A stretch of DNA of 64,000 nucleotides. Origin: Myxococcales bacterium (GTDB lineage: Bacteria; Myxococcota_A; Polyangia; Polyangiales; DASUME01). Below the pieces are notes generated by a model, which saw only the letters and a program-made list of their open reading frames with translations, was not told the origin of the DNA and ran no database searches. Of this stretch, positions 29,603 through 38,472 are shown in pieces; position 1 is the stretch's first letter; each line of letters opens with the position of its first letter. The stretch spans positions 4,704,001-4,768,000 of the forward strand of contig JASGJH010000001.1 of the NCBI GenBank assembly GCA_047601445.1, written 5' to 3'. Made by a program: the position numbers and the translations under genes.

Positions 29603-29847
29603 CCCGAAGCGGTTGCTCTCGTGGGCCCCCCAAGGCCTCGCGCGACTGGTCGCTGTTCACGTCGCCGTCAAAGGTCCACGTTCACGTCGCCGTCAACCTA
29701 GTCATGCACGTGATCGTCCTCGTGCTCGACCTCCCCCATCCCCCATTTCCCCCTCTCTCCGCTCTGCTCGACATCCCTCCCGCACCAATGGCAGCATGGG
29801 GACATCGGCGCGGGATTGCTGGCTTTCCCCGCCCAGACAGGGTCCCC

Positions 29848-30897
29848 ATGAGCCTCCAGGAAGAAGCCGAACGACTGCGCGCCGAACTCGAGAAGCTCGA
29901 CCTGGTTCGGGTGCGGGTGGCCCTGTTTGGACAACCGGGAGCCGGCAAGTCCTCCCTCATCAACGCCCTGGTGGGACGCGAAGTGGCCGTCACCGGTGAG
30001 CGGACGGACACCACGGTGGAGGCCCATAGCTATCACCACGACGGCGTCGAGTACACCGATCTCCCCGGCTTCGGAACCACGCGCTTCCCGGCCGACACAT
30101 ACTGGAGTCGCTTCAAGCTCGACGAGCAAGACCTGCTTCTGTGCGTCAAGGACGGCAAGTTCAGCGACGCAGACGACCGCATGTTCTTCGAGCAGCTCTG
30201 GCGACGGGGCAAGGTGTGCCTGTTCGTGCACAACAAGGCCGACACGCTGTGGTCCAACACCAAGACGCCCGATGAGATCCGCGACGAGCTGCGGCGTGAC
30301 TTGGCCGAGCGACTGGCCCCGCGCTCCGCCACCATGGTGTTCACGAGCTGCCGCACCAAGGACGGCCTCGACGAGCTCGAGCGCGCCGTCGGCGACTACC
30401 TGCCCGACGCCAAGCGTGAACGCTGGGAGCGCGCCGCAGCCGCTTACTCGGAAGAATGGCTCGTTCGCAAGCGCAACATCATCAAGCGCGAGGTGCACAT
30501 CGGCGCTGCGTTGTCCGCGGTGAATGGCTTCAATCCCATCCCCGGCGCGGACCTCGCCATCGATCTCTCGGCCCTGGCTGGCCTCTTGGTGCGCATCCGC
30601 AGCCACTACGGTCTCAGCGATGCGCGACTCGAGCGCTATCTGCAGTACGCACCCGCGGTGAAGGCCCTCACCGACAAGATCCTCAAGTACGCCACGCGCG
30701 AAGGCCTGCTCTTGTTGGCCAAGCGCTTCGCCAGTCGTCAGCTCGAAAAGCAAGTCAGCAAGTACATCCCGCTCGTGGGGCAAGCAGTGGCCGCCAGCGT
30801 CGGCTACGGCATTACCCTGCAGGTGGGCTTCGAGTTCCTCGACACCTGCCACGAGCTCGCGCTCGAGGTCATGAAAGCCGAACTCAAGTCCGCCTGA
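29848..30897 (+). CDS. P-loop GTPase resembling IRG/IIGP (p47) family, with DUF697-like C-terminus
   Basis: G1 GQPGAGKS, G3 DLPG, G4 NKAD; C-terminal NPIPGAD and YIPLVGQ. Confidence 0.85.
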   Translation: MSLQEEAERLRAELEKLDLVRVRVALFGQPGAGKSSLINALVGREVAVTGERTDTTVEAHSYHHDGVEYTDLPGFGTTRFPADTYWSRFKLDEQDLLLCVKDGKFSDADDRMFFEQLWRRGKVCLFVHNKADTLWSNTKTPDEIRDELRRDLAERLAPRSATMVFTSCRTKDGLDELERAVGDYLPDAKRERWERAAAAYSEEWLVRKRNIIKREVHIGAALSAVNGFNPIPGADLAIDLSALAGLLVRIRSHYGLSDARLERYLQYAPAVKALTDKILKYATREGLLLLAKRFASRQLEKQVSKYIPLVGQAVAASVGYGITLQVGFEFLDTCHELALEVMKAELKSA

Positions 30898-30970
30898 GCG
30901 CCTCGTTTTTTGCTCGCGGGCGGAGCCGCCCGCTTCGACAGCCCCTTCTTGCCCGCTCTCATGCGAGAGC

Positions 30971-32773
30971 TTGGAGACCACCTTGGCCCAAGACACGATC
31001 CCACTGCGCCTGATCACCCAAGCCAAACAGCGCCCTCGCGAACCGGCCTACTTCACGAAGCGCGATGGCATCTGGCGCGGCACCAGCTGGGCGGACTACG
31101 CCGAAGAGGTGCGTCGCGCAGCCAAGGCGATGATCGCGCTGGGCCTGGAGCCTGGGCAAAACGTGGCCATGCTGGGCTTCAATCGCCCCGAATGGACCAT
31201 CTTCCTGCTCGCGGCCATGTCGGCGGGAGGCGCGGGAGCAGGCATCTACGCCACCTGTTCACCCAGCGAGGTGCAGTACATCGTGCACCACGCCGAAGCG
31301 CCCATCGTGTTGGTGGAGAACGAGACCCAGTGGCTCAAGATCAAGGCGCAGCGCCAGAACCTGCCGCTCTTGCGCCACGTGGTCCTGATGAAGGGAGCGC
31401 AGAAGATCGACGACCCCATGGTGCTCACGTGGGAAGCCTTCAACGCGCGCGCCCATTCCGTGCAGGACGAAGTCTTCTGGCGCCGTCTGCACGCGCTCAA
31501 GCCCACCGGTTTGGCCTCGCTGATCTACACCTCGGGCACTACGGGTCCGCCCAAGGCCGTGATGCTCTCCCATGCCAACCTCATTTGGACGGCGGACGTG
31601 TGCCGCGAGATCACGCGCTTGGTCGCGAGTGACTCGAGCCTTTCCTACCTGCCGCTCTCGCACATCGCCGAGCAGATGTTCACGGTGCACGCCCCCGTCA
31701 CCATCGGCGCCGCCATCTACTACGCCGAGTCCATCGAGAAGGTGCCGGACAACCTGCGTGAGACTCAGCCCACCGTGCTGTTCGGTGTGCCGCGCATCTG
31801 GGAGAAGTTCCACGCGGGCATCCAGGCCAAGCTGCAAGAAGTTCGCGGACCCAAGAAGCTCCTGCTCGACTGGGCGCGCGGCGTGGCCCGCCAGGTCAAC
31901 GACCTGCGCAATTCCGGCAAGGAGCCCAACATCGAGCTGGCCCTGCAGCACGAGCTCGCCAAGAAGCTCGTGTTCACCAAGCTCAAGACTGCCCTCGGGC
32001 TCGCCAACGCGCGCCTGTGCGTGAGCGGCGCCGCGCCCATCGCACGGGAGATCCTGGAGTTCTTCGCCTCGCTCGACATCGTGATCCACGAGGTCTACGG
32101 GCAGAGCGAAGTCACGGGCCCCACCAGCTTCAACCAGCCAGGCCGCACGCGCTTCGGCAGCGTGGGCACGCGCATCCCCGGCCTCGAGGTGCGCATCGCC
32201 AACGACGGCGAGATCCTGGTCAAGGGGCCCAGCGTGTTCATGGGCTACTTCAAGGATCCGGCGACCACGCGTGAGGTCCTGATCGACGGTGTGCTGCACT
32301 CGGGCGATCTCGGAGAGGTCGACGCAGACGGCTTCTTGACCATCACTGGCCGCAAGAAGGACATCATCATCACCGCAGGCGGCAAGAACATCGCGCCCAA
32401 GAACATCGAGGCAGCGCTCAAGCAGGACGAGTTGATCAGTGAGGCCGTAGTGATCGGCGATCGGCGCAAGTTCCTGACGGCCATCATGACCATCGATCCC
32501 GAGGTGGCCAAGCAGCGCGGTGTCCATGACGACCGGCTCCACGAGAACGCGCGCATCCGTGAACTCGTGCAGCAGCGCGTGGACGTCGTGAATCGTGATC
32601 TGGCGCGCGTGGAACAAATCAAACGCTTCAAGGTGCTGCCCCGGGCCTTCGGCATCGACTCCGGAGAGCTCACGCCTACGCTCAAGGTAAAGCGCAACAA
32701 GGTGCACGAAATCTGGGCTCGCGAGATCGACTCCATGTACACGGAGGAAGCGGCGAGCTCGGCAGATAGCTGA
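30971..32773 (+). CDS. Long-chain fatty acid--CoA ligase
   Basis: YTSGTTGPPK, YLPLSHIAE, YGQSE, SGD, GRKKD, ELTPTLK. Confidence 0.93.
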   Translation: METTLAQDTIPLRLITQAKQRPREPAYFTKRDGIWRGTSWADYAEEVRRAAKAMIALGLEPGQNVAMLGFNRPEWTIFLLAAMSAGGAGAGIYATCSPSEVQYIVHHAEAPIVLVENETQWLKIKAQRQNLPLLRHVVLMKGAQKIDDPMVLTWEAFNARAHSVQDEVFWRRLHALKPTGLASLIYTSGTTGPPKAVMLSHANLIWTADVCREITRLVASDSSLSYLPLSHIAEQMFTVHAPVTIGAAIYYAESIEKVPDNLRETQPTVLFGVPRIWEKFHAGIQAKLQEVRGPKKLLLDWARGVARQVNDLRNSGKEPNIELALQHELAKKLVFTKLKTALGLANARLCVSGAAPIAREILEFFASLDIVIHEVYGQSEVTGPTSFNQPGRTRFGSVGTRIPGLEVRIANDGEILVKGPSVFMGYFKDPATTREVLIDGVLHSGDLGEVDADGFLTITGRKKDIIITAGGKNIAPKNIEAALKQDELISEAVVIGDRRKFLTAIMTIDPEVAKQRGVHDDRLHENARIRELVQQRVDVVNRDLARVEQIKRFKVLPRAFGIDSGELTPTLKVKRNKVHEIWAREIDSMYTEEAASSADS

Positions 32774-32825
32774 GTTTTTCCAGACGTTCTCGGGAGCGCG
32801 GTGCCGCGCGCGGCCGGCTATCGGG

Positions 32826-33911
32826 GTGAAGCAGGGCCAGAGCCTTCCGCCGGGCTTGCCGGCGCCGACGCGCTCGTCACAAGATGAGCGCCCTATGCCT
32901 GGCTTCACGCCGACCATCTACGCGATCCCGGAGGGCGGCGACGTCGTCGCCTGGTGCAGCGCCGAGAGCTGTATGGATCCAGCCGGGAAGTTGGCACTCA
33001 TCGACCAGAGCACCGGCACGCCGGTGCCCGGTGAAGTCGTGCGCAACGAGGGGACCGCCCAGGGGAAGTTGTTCGTGTTCCGCCCCGCCACGCCCCTGGC
33101 CGAGGGCATGCGGATAGGCGCGACGTACCAGACCGCCGATCTCAGCGAATGGCTGCAAGACTACGAGGTCCAGCGCACGCAGGCCGAATCGGTGCCGTCG
33201 TCCCAACCTTCGCTGCAGATCACCGAAAACGTCGTGCCGACGGGCCAAGCGTTCTGCTGCACACAACGGTTGTGCGACGAGTGCGTACCTCCTTGCATCA
33301 CCGAACGCGAAGCCGTTCGGGCGCAGGTGTCGCTCGGTCTGCCGGAGGCGACTGCCGCGGATTCCCAGTGGCTGTACCAGGCGACCTTCAGCGGCGAGGG
33401 AGGTGCCGCCATCGTGAGCGACTACTTTCCCTGGCAGGGCTCCGCGCAAGCAATTTTCGACGTGCAGAGCGCGCGCTACTGCTACTCGCTTTGGGCCGAG
33501 TCGGTCCAAGACGGTCAGCGCGTCCTCGTGGCAGAGGAATGCGTTTCCAGCGACGTCCGAGTCGCTCAACGCGACGTGACCGAGGACGCCAAGCGTGAGC
33601 TGCTGCTCGGGTGTCCACAGCCGATCGCCGGCTTCGAGGCCGAGTGGTGCGAGAGCTTTCAGCACGAATGTGCCTCGTCTAGTCCGCCGAGCGAACGCGT
33701 GTGCAACTCCATTCGGCATACCTGCCAGGACGACGCGGGGGCCGGGAGCACGCCGCCGGACGCCGGCGCGGACACCGAGGTTCACCAAGGAGATCACTCG
33801 CTGTGCAGCGCGGGGCACGGGCGCACGAGCCATTTGATGTGGCTGATGGCACTGCTGGTTTCCCTGACCCGTTGCATGCGCTTGGAACGGCCAAGAAAGG
33901 CTCGCCCATGA
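32826..33911 (+). CDS. Hypothetical Cys-rich protein with MYXO-CTERM-like tail (paralog 1)
   Basis: Aligns by eye with the next gene. Tail SLCS + hydrophobic + basic. Start uncertain (ATG at 32895 possible). Confidence 0.65.
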   Translation: MKQGQSLPPGLPAPTRSSQDERPMPGFTPTIYAIPEGGDVVAWCSAESCMDPAGKLALIDQSTGTPVPGEVVRNEGTAQGKLFVFRPATPLAEGMRIGATYQTADLSEWLQDYEVQRTQAESVPSSQPSLQITENVVPTGQAFCCTQRLCDECVPPCITEREAVRAQVSLGLPEATAADSQWLYQATFSGEGGAAIVSDYFPWQGSAQAIFDVQSARYCYSLWAESVQDGQRVLVAEECVSSDVRVAQRDVTEDAKRELLLGCPQPIAGFEAEWCESFQHECASSSPPSERVCNSIRHTCQDDAGAGSTPPDAGADTEVHQGDHSLCSAGHGRTSHLMWLMALLVSLTRCMRLERPRKARP

Positions 33912-34951
33912 ACCCCGCAGAAGCTGCCATCCTGTGTCTGACCAAGATCGCCTTCATGACCACGCAGGGAGATATCCCCGCAGGCGGAGACGTGGTGCTG
34001 CAGTGCCCCGAGGCAAACTGTGACAACTCGCTGCCTTCGCTCGACTTCATCGATGCCGCGACGCAGCTCCCGATCGCCGGCACCGTAATCCAAAAAGGGA
34101 GCAATCCCTGGGGGAATGGTTGGGCCGTTTTTCGCCCTGCCCAGCCGCTCGAGGTAGGCCAAAGGGTCATGGTCAATGGCGCCTTGGTCTTGGCGGTCTT
34201 TCAGGTAGTGGAAGCCTCGGCCTTCGACCCCACGCAGGTCCTGGCCTCCGCCGGCCTCGAGTACGACTCCACTCCGAGCGCCGACATGGCCTGCTGCGAG
34301 AACGCCAACTCTGGCTGCGGTTCCTTCGAGACCTGCGTGTCGAGAAACGAAACGACCAGCGCTGGCCTACGGATCGCGCTGCTGAATCCCACTGCCGCAG
34401 CCACGCAATACCTGTACGAGGTCACCTTCCAGGCCGAAGGCGCGGAGCCCGTGACCAGCGATCCATTCCCCTGGTTCGATAGTACCTTCCACTCGTTCAG
34501 CACGTTCGGGGGCGAGTATTGCTACACGCTCACTGCGCGCTCGCTCGCCGACGGCACGCGCGTGGACCTCGCGCAGGACTGCTTGGCCGCCAGCGTGCCG
34601 CTCGGGGAGCACGAGACCGACGACGCGAAGCTGCAGTCCAGCTTGCGGACCTGCAACGATCCTCCGACCGGCTGGGAGGAAGACTGGTGCGAAGCCTGGC
34701 GTCCCAGCTGTGAACAGGGTGCCGCTCTGTGCCCGAGCTCGCGGGCAGACACGTGCGACTGGGATTTGCCGGTCGACCGAGACGCGGGCATGGAAGGCGA
34801 TTTGGTCATCGTGCACAAGGGTGACGGCTCCTTGTGCAGCGTGAGCACGCGCGCTTCCGGCACTCCACGCTGGTCGTTGTTGTGGCTCGTGTGTTTGTCA
34901 GCCTGCGGCTTGAGTCGTGGGCATCGACGGCGAGTCCCCGTCCGTCGGTAG
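33908..34951 (+). CDS. Hypothetical Cys-rich protein with MYXO-CTERM-like tail (paralog 2)
   Basis: ATGA overlap with the upstream stop; GDGSLCSV...WSLLWLV...RRR tail. Confidence 0.68.
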   Translation: MNPAEAAILCLTKIAFMTTQGDIPAGGDVVLQCPEANCDNSLPSLDFIDAATQLPIAGTVIQKGSNPWGNGWAVFRPAQPLEVGQRVMVNGALVLAVFQVVEASAFDPTQVLASAGLEYDSTPSADMACCENANSGCGSFETCVSRNETTSAGLRIALLNPTAAATQYLYEVTFQAEGAEPVTSDPFPWFDSTFHSFSTFGGEYCYTLTARSLADGTRVDLAQDCLAASVPLGEHETDDAKLQSSLRTCNDPPTGWEEDWCEAWRPSCEQGAALCPSSRADTCDWDLPVDRDAGMEGDLVIVHKGDGSLCSVSTRASGTPRWSLLWLVCLSACGLSRGHRRRVPVRR

Positions 34952-35644
34952 CTCAGCAGGCAGCTGGTGCAGCACCATGATCTTTTGCCAGATCTTGTGC
35001 GACAGGCTGCTCGTGAGGTCCTCCACCTGATCCACCGCGCTCAAGGCCACCGCGTCGCTGGTGTACTGTGCGTAGAGGGCGCCGACTTTGCCGATCAGCG
35101 CCAACATCTCGGTGCAGTAGTCGAGGTAGCGGCCCAGCTGAAAGCGGCTCAGATTCCGCTCCGGGGACGACTTGGTTCGTGCGCCGCTCAGCAGGTGGTC
35201 GGGATCCTTGGTGAGCTGATGCATGTCGATGATGTGGGCCAACGCGCGCAGCTCGTGGAGCGCCGCGAGCACCCGCTTGCGCTTGAGGCGATCTTCGAGG
35301 CCGATCAAAAAGAAGATACCGACGCCCAGGAACACCAGGTCGTTCACCGCCGCCTCGACGGTCTGGATGAGCTCGGCCGTGCTCTGAAAATGCAGCGGCA
35401 CCGGCAAGGCCGACAGTCCCGTAAAGAGCCCTGCCAAGATCAACAACGAGAGCAGCGCCACACCGGCCCGCAGCAAGAGCAACGGACGCGCCGAGGCCAC
35501 CGCGCGGTCGGCTGCATGGGAGGCGATCTCGTGCAGCTCAGCGGCCACCCGGGATAGGCCGGATTCCGGAAACCGCTCGAGAATGCGGTCCCGCAGCTTC
35601 TCCACGGTTCGGACCACGGCTCCGGGCTCCACGCTGCGATACAC
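34898..35644 (-). CDS. Hypothetical two-TM membrane protein
   Basis: ERFPESGL, two hydrophobic helices, LHELRALAHIIDMHQLTKDP, KIWQK. Confidence 0.75.
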   Translation of the reverse strand: MYRSVEPGAVVRTVEKLRDRILERFPESGLSRVAAELHEIASHAADRAVASARPLLLLRAGVALLSLLILAGLFTGLSALPVPLHFQSTAELIQTVEAAVNDLVFLGVGIFFLIGLEDRLKRKRVLAALHELRALAHIIDMHQLTKDPDHLLSGARTKSSPERNLSRFQLGRYLDYCTEMLALIGKVGALYAQYTSDAVALSAVDQVEDLTSSLSHKIWQKIMVLHQLPAELPTDGDSPSMPTTQAAG

Positions 35645-35723
35645 GCTCGGTAATTACTCCGGCGCCCCCTCCCGATGCACGCTTTTCGCGAGCTTCCTCC
35701 GGAACCGGACGCCGCGTGCCTCC

Positions 35724-35752
35724 TTGACATACGTGAACACCAAGTTCACTTT
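35724..35752 (+). promoter_or_regulatory. Putative sigma70 promoter with palindromic operator before tetR
   Basis: TTGACA-N17-CACTTT, with GTGAAC-N5-GTTCAC at 35733-35749. Confidence 0.55.
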
Positions 35753-35760
35753 TTCACCCC

Positions 35761-36375
35761 GTGGCCCAGGTCCTCAAAGAGGAAGTGGAACAGCGAATCC
35801 GTCAGGCGGCGCTGCGCGTCTTCGCCGAGCGGGGCTTCATCCACGCCGGCGTGGCTGACATCGCGCGAGAGGCGCGGGTCTCTAGCGGCAACGTGTACCG
35901 CTACTTCGAGAGCAAAGAGGTGCTGTTCGAGGCCGTGGTGCCACGCACGCTGTCTACCAAACTGCTGCGCTTGCTCGGGCGCCGAGTCCGCGCGCTCTCG
36001 GGCGTGCGCGACGTGGGCCACCTGCCCGGCTCGGCGTTCTTCAGCGCGGCCGAACAGCTGGTGGAGTTCTCGCTGGCGCACCGGTTGGAGACTGTGATCT
36101 TACTGTCGCGTACGGCCGGCACACCGCTCGAGGGCTTCGACGAAAAGCTGGTGCGCTTCCTGGAAAAGCTGGCGGTGGCGCACTTTCGTAAGCTCGACCC
36201 TAGCTACTTGTCCGATCCCGGTAGCCAAATCGTGTTGCGTATCGCCTACGAGAACATGGTGCGAGCCATGGCCACGATCCTCGAGCGCTCCGGCGACGAG
36301 AGTGAAATCCGAGCGTCTGTAAAGGCTTACTCGCGGTACCACCTGGCGGGTCTGAAGCAGCTGTTCGGAGCCTGA
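35761..36375 (+). CDS. TetR/AcrR family regulator
   Basis: AALRVFAERGF...VADIAREARVSSGNVYRYFESKEVLF. Confidence 0.92.
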   Translation: MAQVLKEEVEQRIRQAALRVFAERGFIHAGVADIAREARVSSGNVYRYFESKEVLFEAVVPRTLSTKLLRLLGRRVRALSGVRDVGHLPGSAFFSAAEQLVEFSLAHRLETVILLSRTAGTPLEGFDEKLVRFLEKLAVAHFRKLDPSYLSDPGSQIVLRIAYENMVRAMATILERSGDESEIRASVKAYSRYHLAGLKQLFGA

Positions 36376-36454
36376 GTTCCAATGGCGACGCGCCGTTAGC
36401 TCAGCTCACGGTCGTCTCGGTCACGGAAAAGGTCTCGCTATCCGCTTCCGCGCC

Positions 36455-37126
36455 ATGGCATGGTGCCCTCGGAGGCCAGCTCTGAAGCTCTCTCGCCAAA
36501 GTCTGCTTCGCCACGCGTGTTCACTGAGCCTCGCGCTCGTGAGCCTCGGCTGCGGCAATGACGAATCGAAAGGGCCGATCGACGCGGGGAGCACCAAGGA
36601 TCCGCACGACGGTGAGGACAGCTCCGTCGGCGATGGCGATGGCGACGGAGATGGAGATGGAGATGGCGACGGGGACATCGCCAACTCCAGCGACGCCGGG
36701 ACTTCGAATGCCTCCTGCACCAAGGACTCCCACGAGCCGGACAACACCGTCGAACAGGCGGGCGCCAAGCAACCCATCAACGGCATTCGGCCCATCGAGA
36801 TCACGGGCCGCACGGCGTGCGCAGAGGACACCGATTTGATCTGGGCCGGCCCCGTCGACAGTGGCGGCAAGGCCGGCGCAGTGCTCACCTGGGACGCGGC
36901 CGACGGCGCCCTCGAGCTGTCGCTGCTCGATGCAGACGGCGAGCCCATCGTGGATTTAGACGTCTCCACCAAGAAGGCGGGCACCAGCGAAGCGACCGTC
37001 AACGAGTTCTACGGCGCCTCGATGCCCGATTCGAGTGACAACTACTTCTACGTGCGCGTGCACAACCCGGGCAAAAAGAGCGTGTCTTATTCGCTCAAAG
37101 TCACGGCGCAGGTCTTCGGGCCGTAG
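36455..37126 (+). CDS. Hypothetical lipoprotein with GD linker and PPC-like beta domain
   Basis: Lipobox LGC, (GD)n, DSHEPDN, YFYVRV...YSLKV. Start uncertain. Confidence 0.7.
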   Translation: MAWCPRRPALKLSRQSLLRHACSLSLALVSLGCGNDESKGPIDAGSTKDPHDGEDSSVGDGDGDGDGDGDGDGDIANSSDAGTSNASCTKDSHEPDNTVEQAGAKQPINGIRPIEITGRTACAEDTDLIWAGPVDSGGKAGAVLTWDAADGALELSLLDADGEPIVDLDVSTKKAGTSEATVNEFYGASMPDSSDNYFYVRVHNPGKKSVSYSLKVTAQVFGP

Positions 37127-37248
37127 GGGGCGTCCCTTTCGTGCTCGGCCCGACCTTCAGGTCGAGCCGGCGGGCGCGCTCGCGATGCGACGGAAATCCG
37201 CGCGCTGACACGCACCGGAATTAGGCCCCCCTAGAGCGCAGCTCGGCC

Positions 37249-37941
37249 TCAGACACCCTGTTTGTCGGCGCCCCAGATGTACTTGTGGAGCTGCAGGTTC
37301 ACGCGCACGGCTAGCTTGTCCTCGAGCACCCAAGCCACCAGCTCGCGTGGATCGAGCACGCCATGCACCGGTGAGAACAGCACCTGCCGTACGCGGCGCG
37401 CGAGCTGCTCGCGTTCGACCACCGCCCGCGCCCACTCGTAGTCGGCACGGTCGCGCAGCACCAGCTTGACCTCGTCGCGGCCGGTGAGGTGCGGCAGGTT
37501 CTCCCAGCGATTGCGCGCAGACTCGCCGCTGCCCGGGGCCTTCAGATCGACGATGCGATGAACCCTCGGATCGATCGCGGAGACGTCGCGCTCCCCGCTG
37601 GTCTCGATCAAGACCGTCTTGCCCGCATCGCACAGCTCCTTGAGCAGCGGGATGGTGCCTGCCTGGAGCAGTGGCTCGCCGCCGGTGAGCTCGACCAAGG
37701 GGGTGTCGAAGGCGAGCGCCTGGGCGAGCACCTCCGAGCGCGCGAGCTTCTTGCCACCGTGGAAGGCCTGCGGTGTGTCGCACCAGCTGCAGCGTAGATT
37801 GCAGCCGGTGGTGCGCACGAAGGTGCAGGGCAGCCCCGCGAAGCTCGATTCGCCCTGAATCGACGCGTAAATCTCGTGGATGACCAGCACATCGTCGCGC
37901 ATTTCGGGCTCAAGCGTAGTGGCGCGGGGCGCTTCTGCCAC
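37249..37941 (-). CDS. queE: 7-carboxy-7-deazaguanine synthase (radical SAM)
   Basis: SIQGE, GCNLRCSWCDT, TGGEPLLQ, ETSG, QLHKYIW. Alternative start ATG 37902. Confidence 0.9.
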   Translation of the reverse strand: MAEAPRATTLEPEMRDDVLVIHEIYASIQGESSFAGLPCTFVRTTGCNLRCSWCDTPQAFHGGKKLARSEVLAQALAFDTPLVELTGGEPLLQAGTIPLLKELCDAGKTVLIETSGERDVSAIDPRVHRIVDLKAPGSGESARNRWENLPHLTGRDEVKLVLRDRADYEWARAVVEREQLARRVRQVLFSPVHGVLDPRELVAWVLEDKLAVRVNLQLHKYIWGADKQGV

Positions 37942-38034
37942 GCGGGCGTCGGAAGCGAGGCGGGGGCTTGAAAGATGTCAGCAGCGGAAGCATTTAGGAC
38001 AGAACCTGTCCTCATTAGAAGCTAGGCTCTCGCC

Positions 38035-38442
38035 ATGACCAAGACCTACCAAGGCAGCTGCCACTGCAAGCGCATCAAGTTCCAGGTCGAGCTGGACCTC
38101 TCCCAGGGCACCGGCAAGTGCAACTGCACCAGCTGCTGGAAGAAGCGCTGGTGGAGCGTGCGCGCCAAACCCGAAGGTTTCCGCTCCCTGCAGGGCGAGA
38201 CGGAGCTCACCGGTTACAAGCCGGGTCAGGCCACGGGCCACCGCGGTTTCTGCAAGCACTGCGGCGTCATCCCCTACAACTGGGTGGACGCTGCCGAGTG
38301 GAACGACGGCGCCTATGTCTCAGTCAACGTGGCCGCACTCGACGATTTGGATCCGGCCGAGCTGTTGGCTGCCCCGGTGCAGTACTTCGACGGGCTGCAC
38401 GACAACTGGTGGAACCCGCCGGCAGAGACGCGCCACCTCTGA
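38035..38442 (+). CDS. GFA/CENP-V family protein
   Basis: GSCHC, CNCTSC, FCKHCG, SVN. Confidence 0.92.
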   Translation: MTKTYQGSCHCKRIKFQVELDLSQGTGKCNCTSCWKKRWWSVRAKPEGFRSLQGETELTGYKPGQATGHRGFCKHCGVIPYNWVDAAEWNDGAYVSVNVAALDDLDPAELLAAPVQYFDGLHDNWWNPPAETRHL

Positions 38443-38472
38443 CGCGCACGTTCGACGCGCACTCCTCACCCG

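Noticed and set aside
37249..37941. Dpd-type DNA 7-deazaguanine modification cluster (queE plus tgt)
   Set aside because: The Tgt is of the tRNA type, no dpd, queC or queD genes are present, and the two genes are about 13 kb apart.
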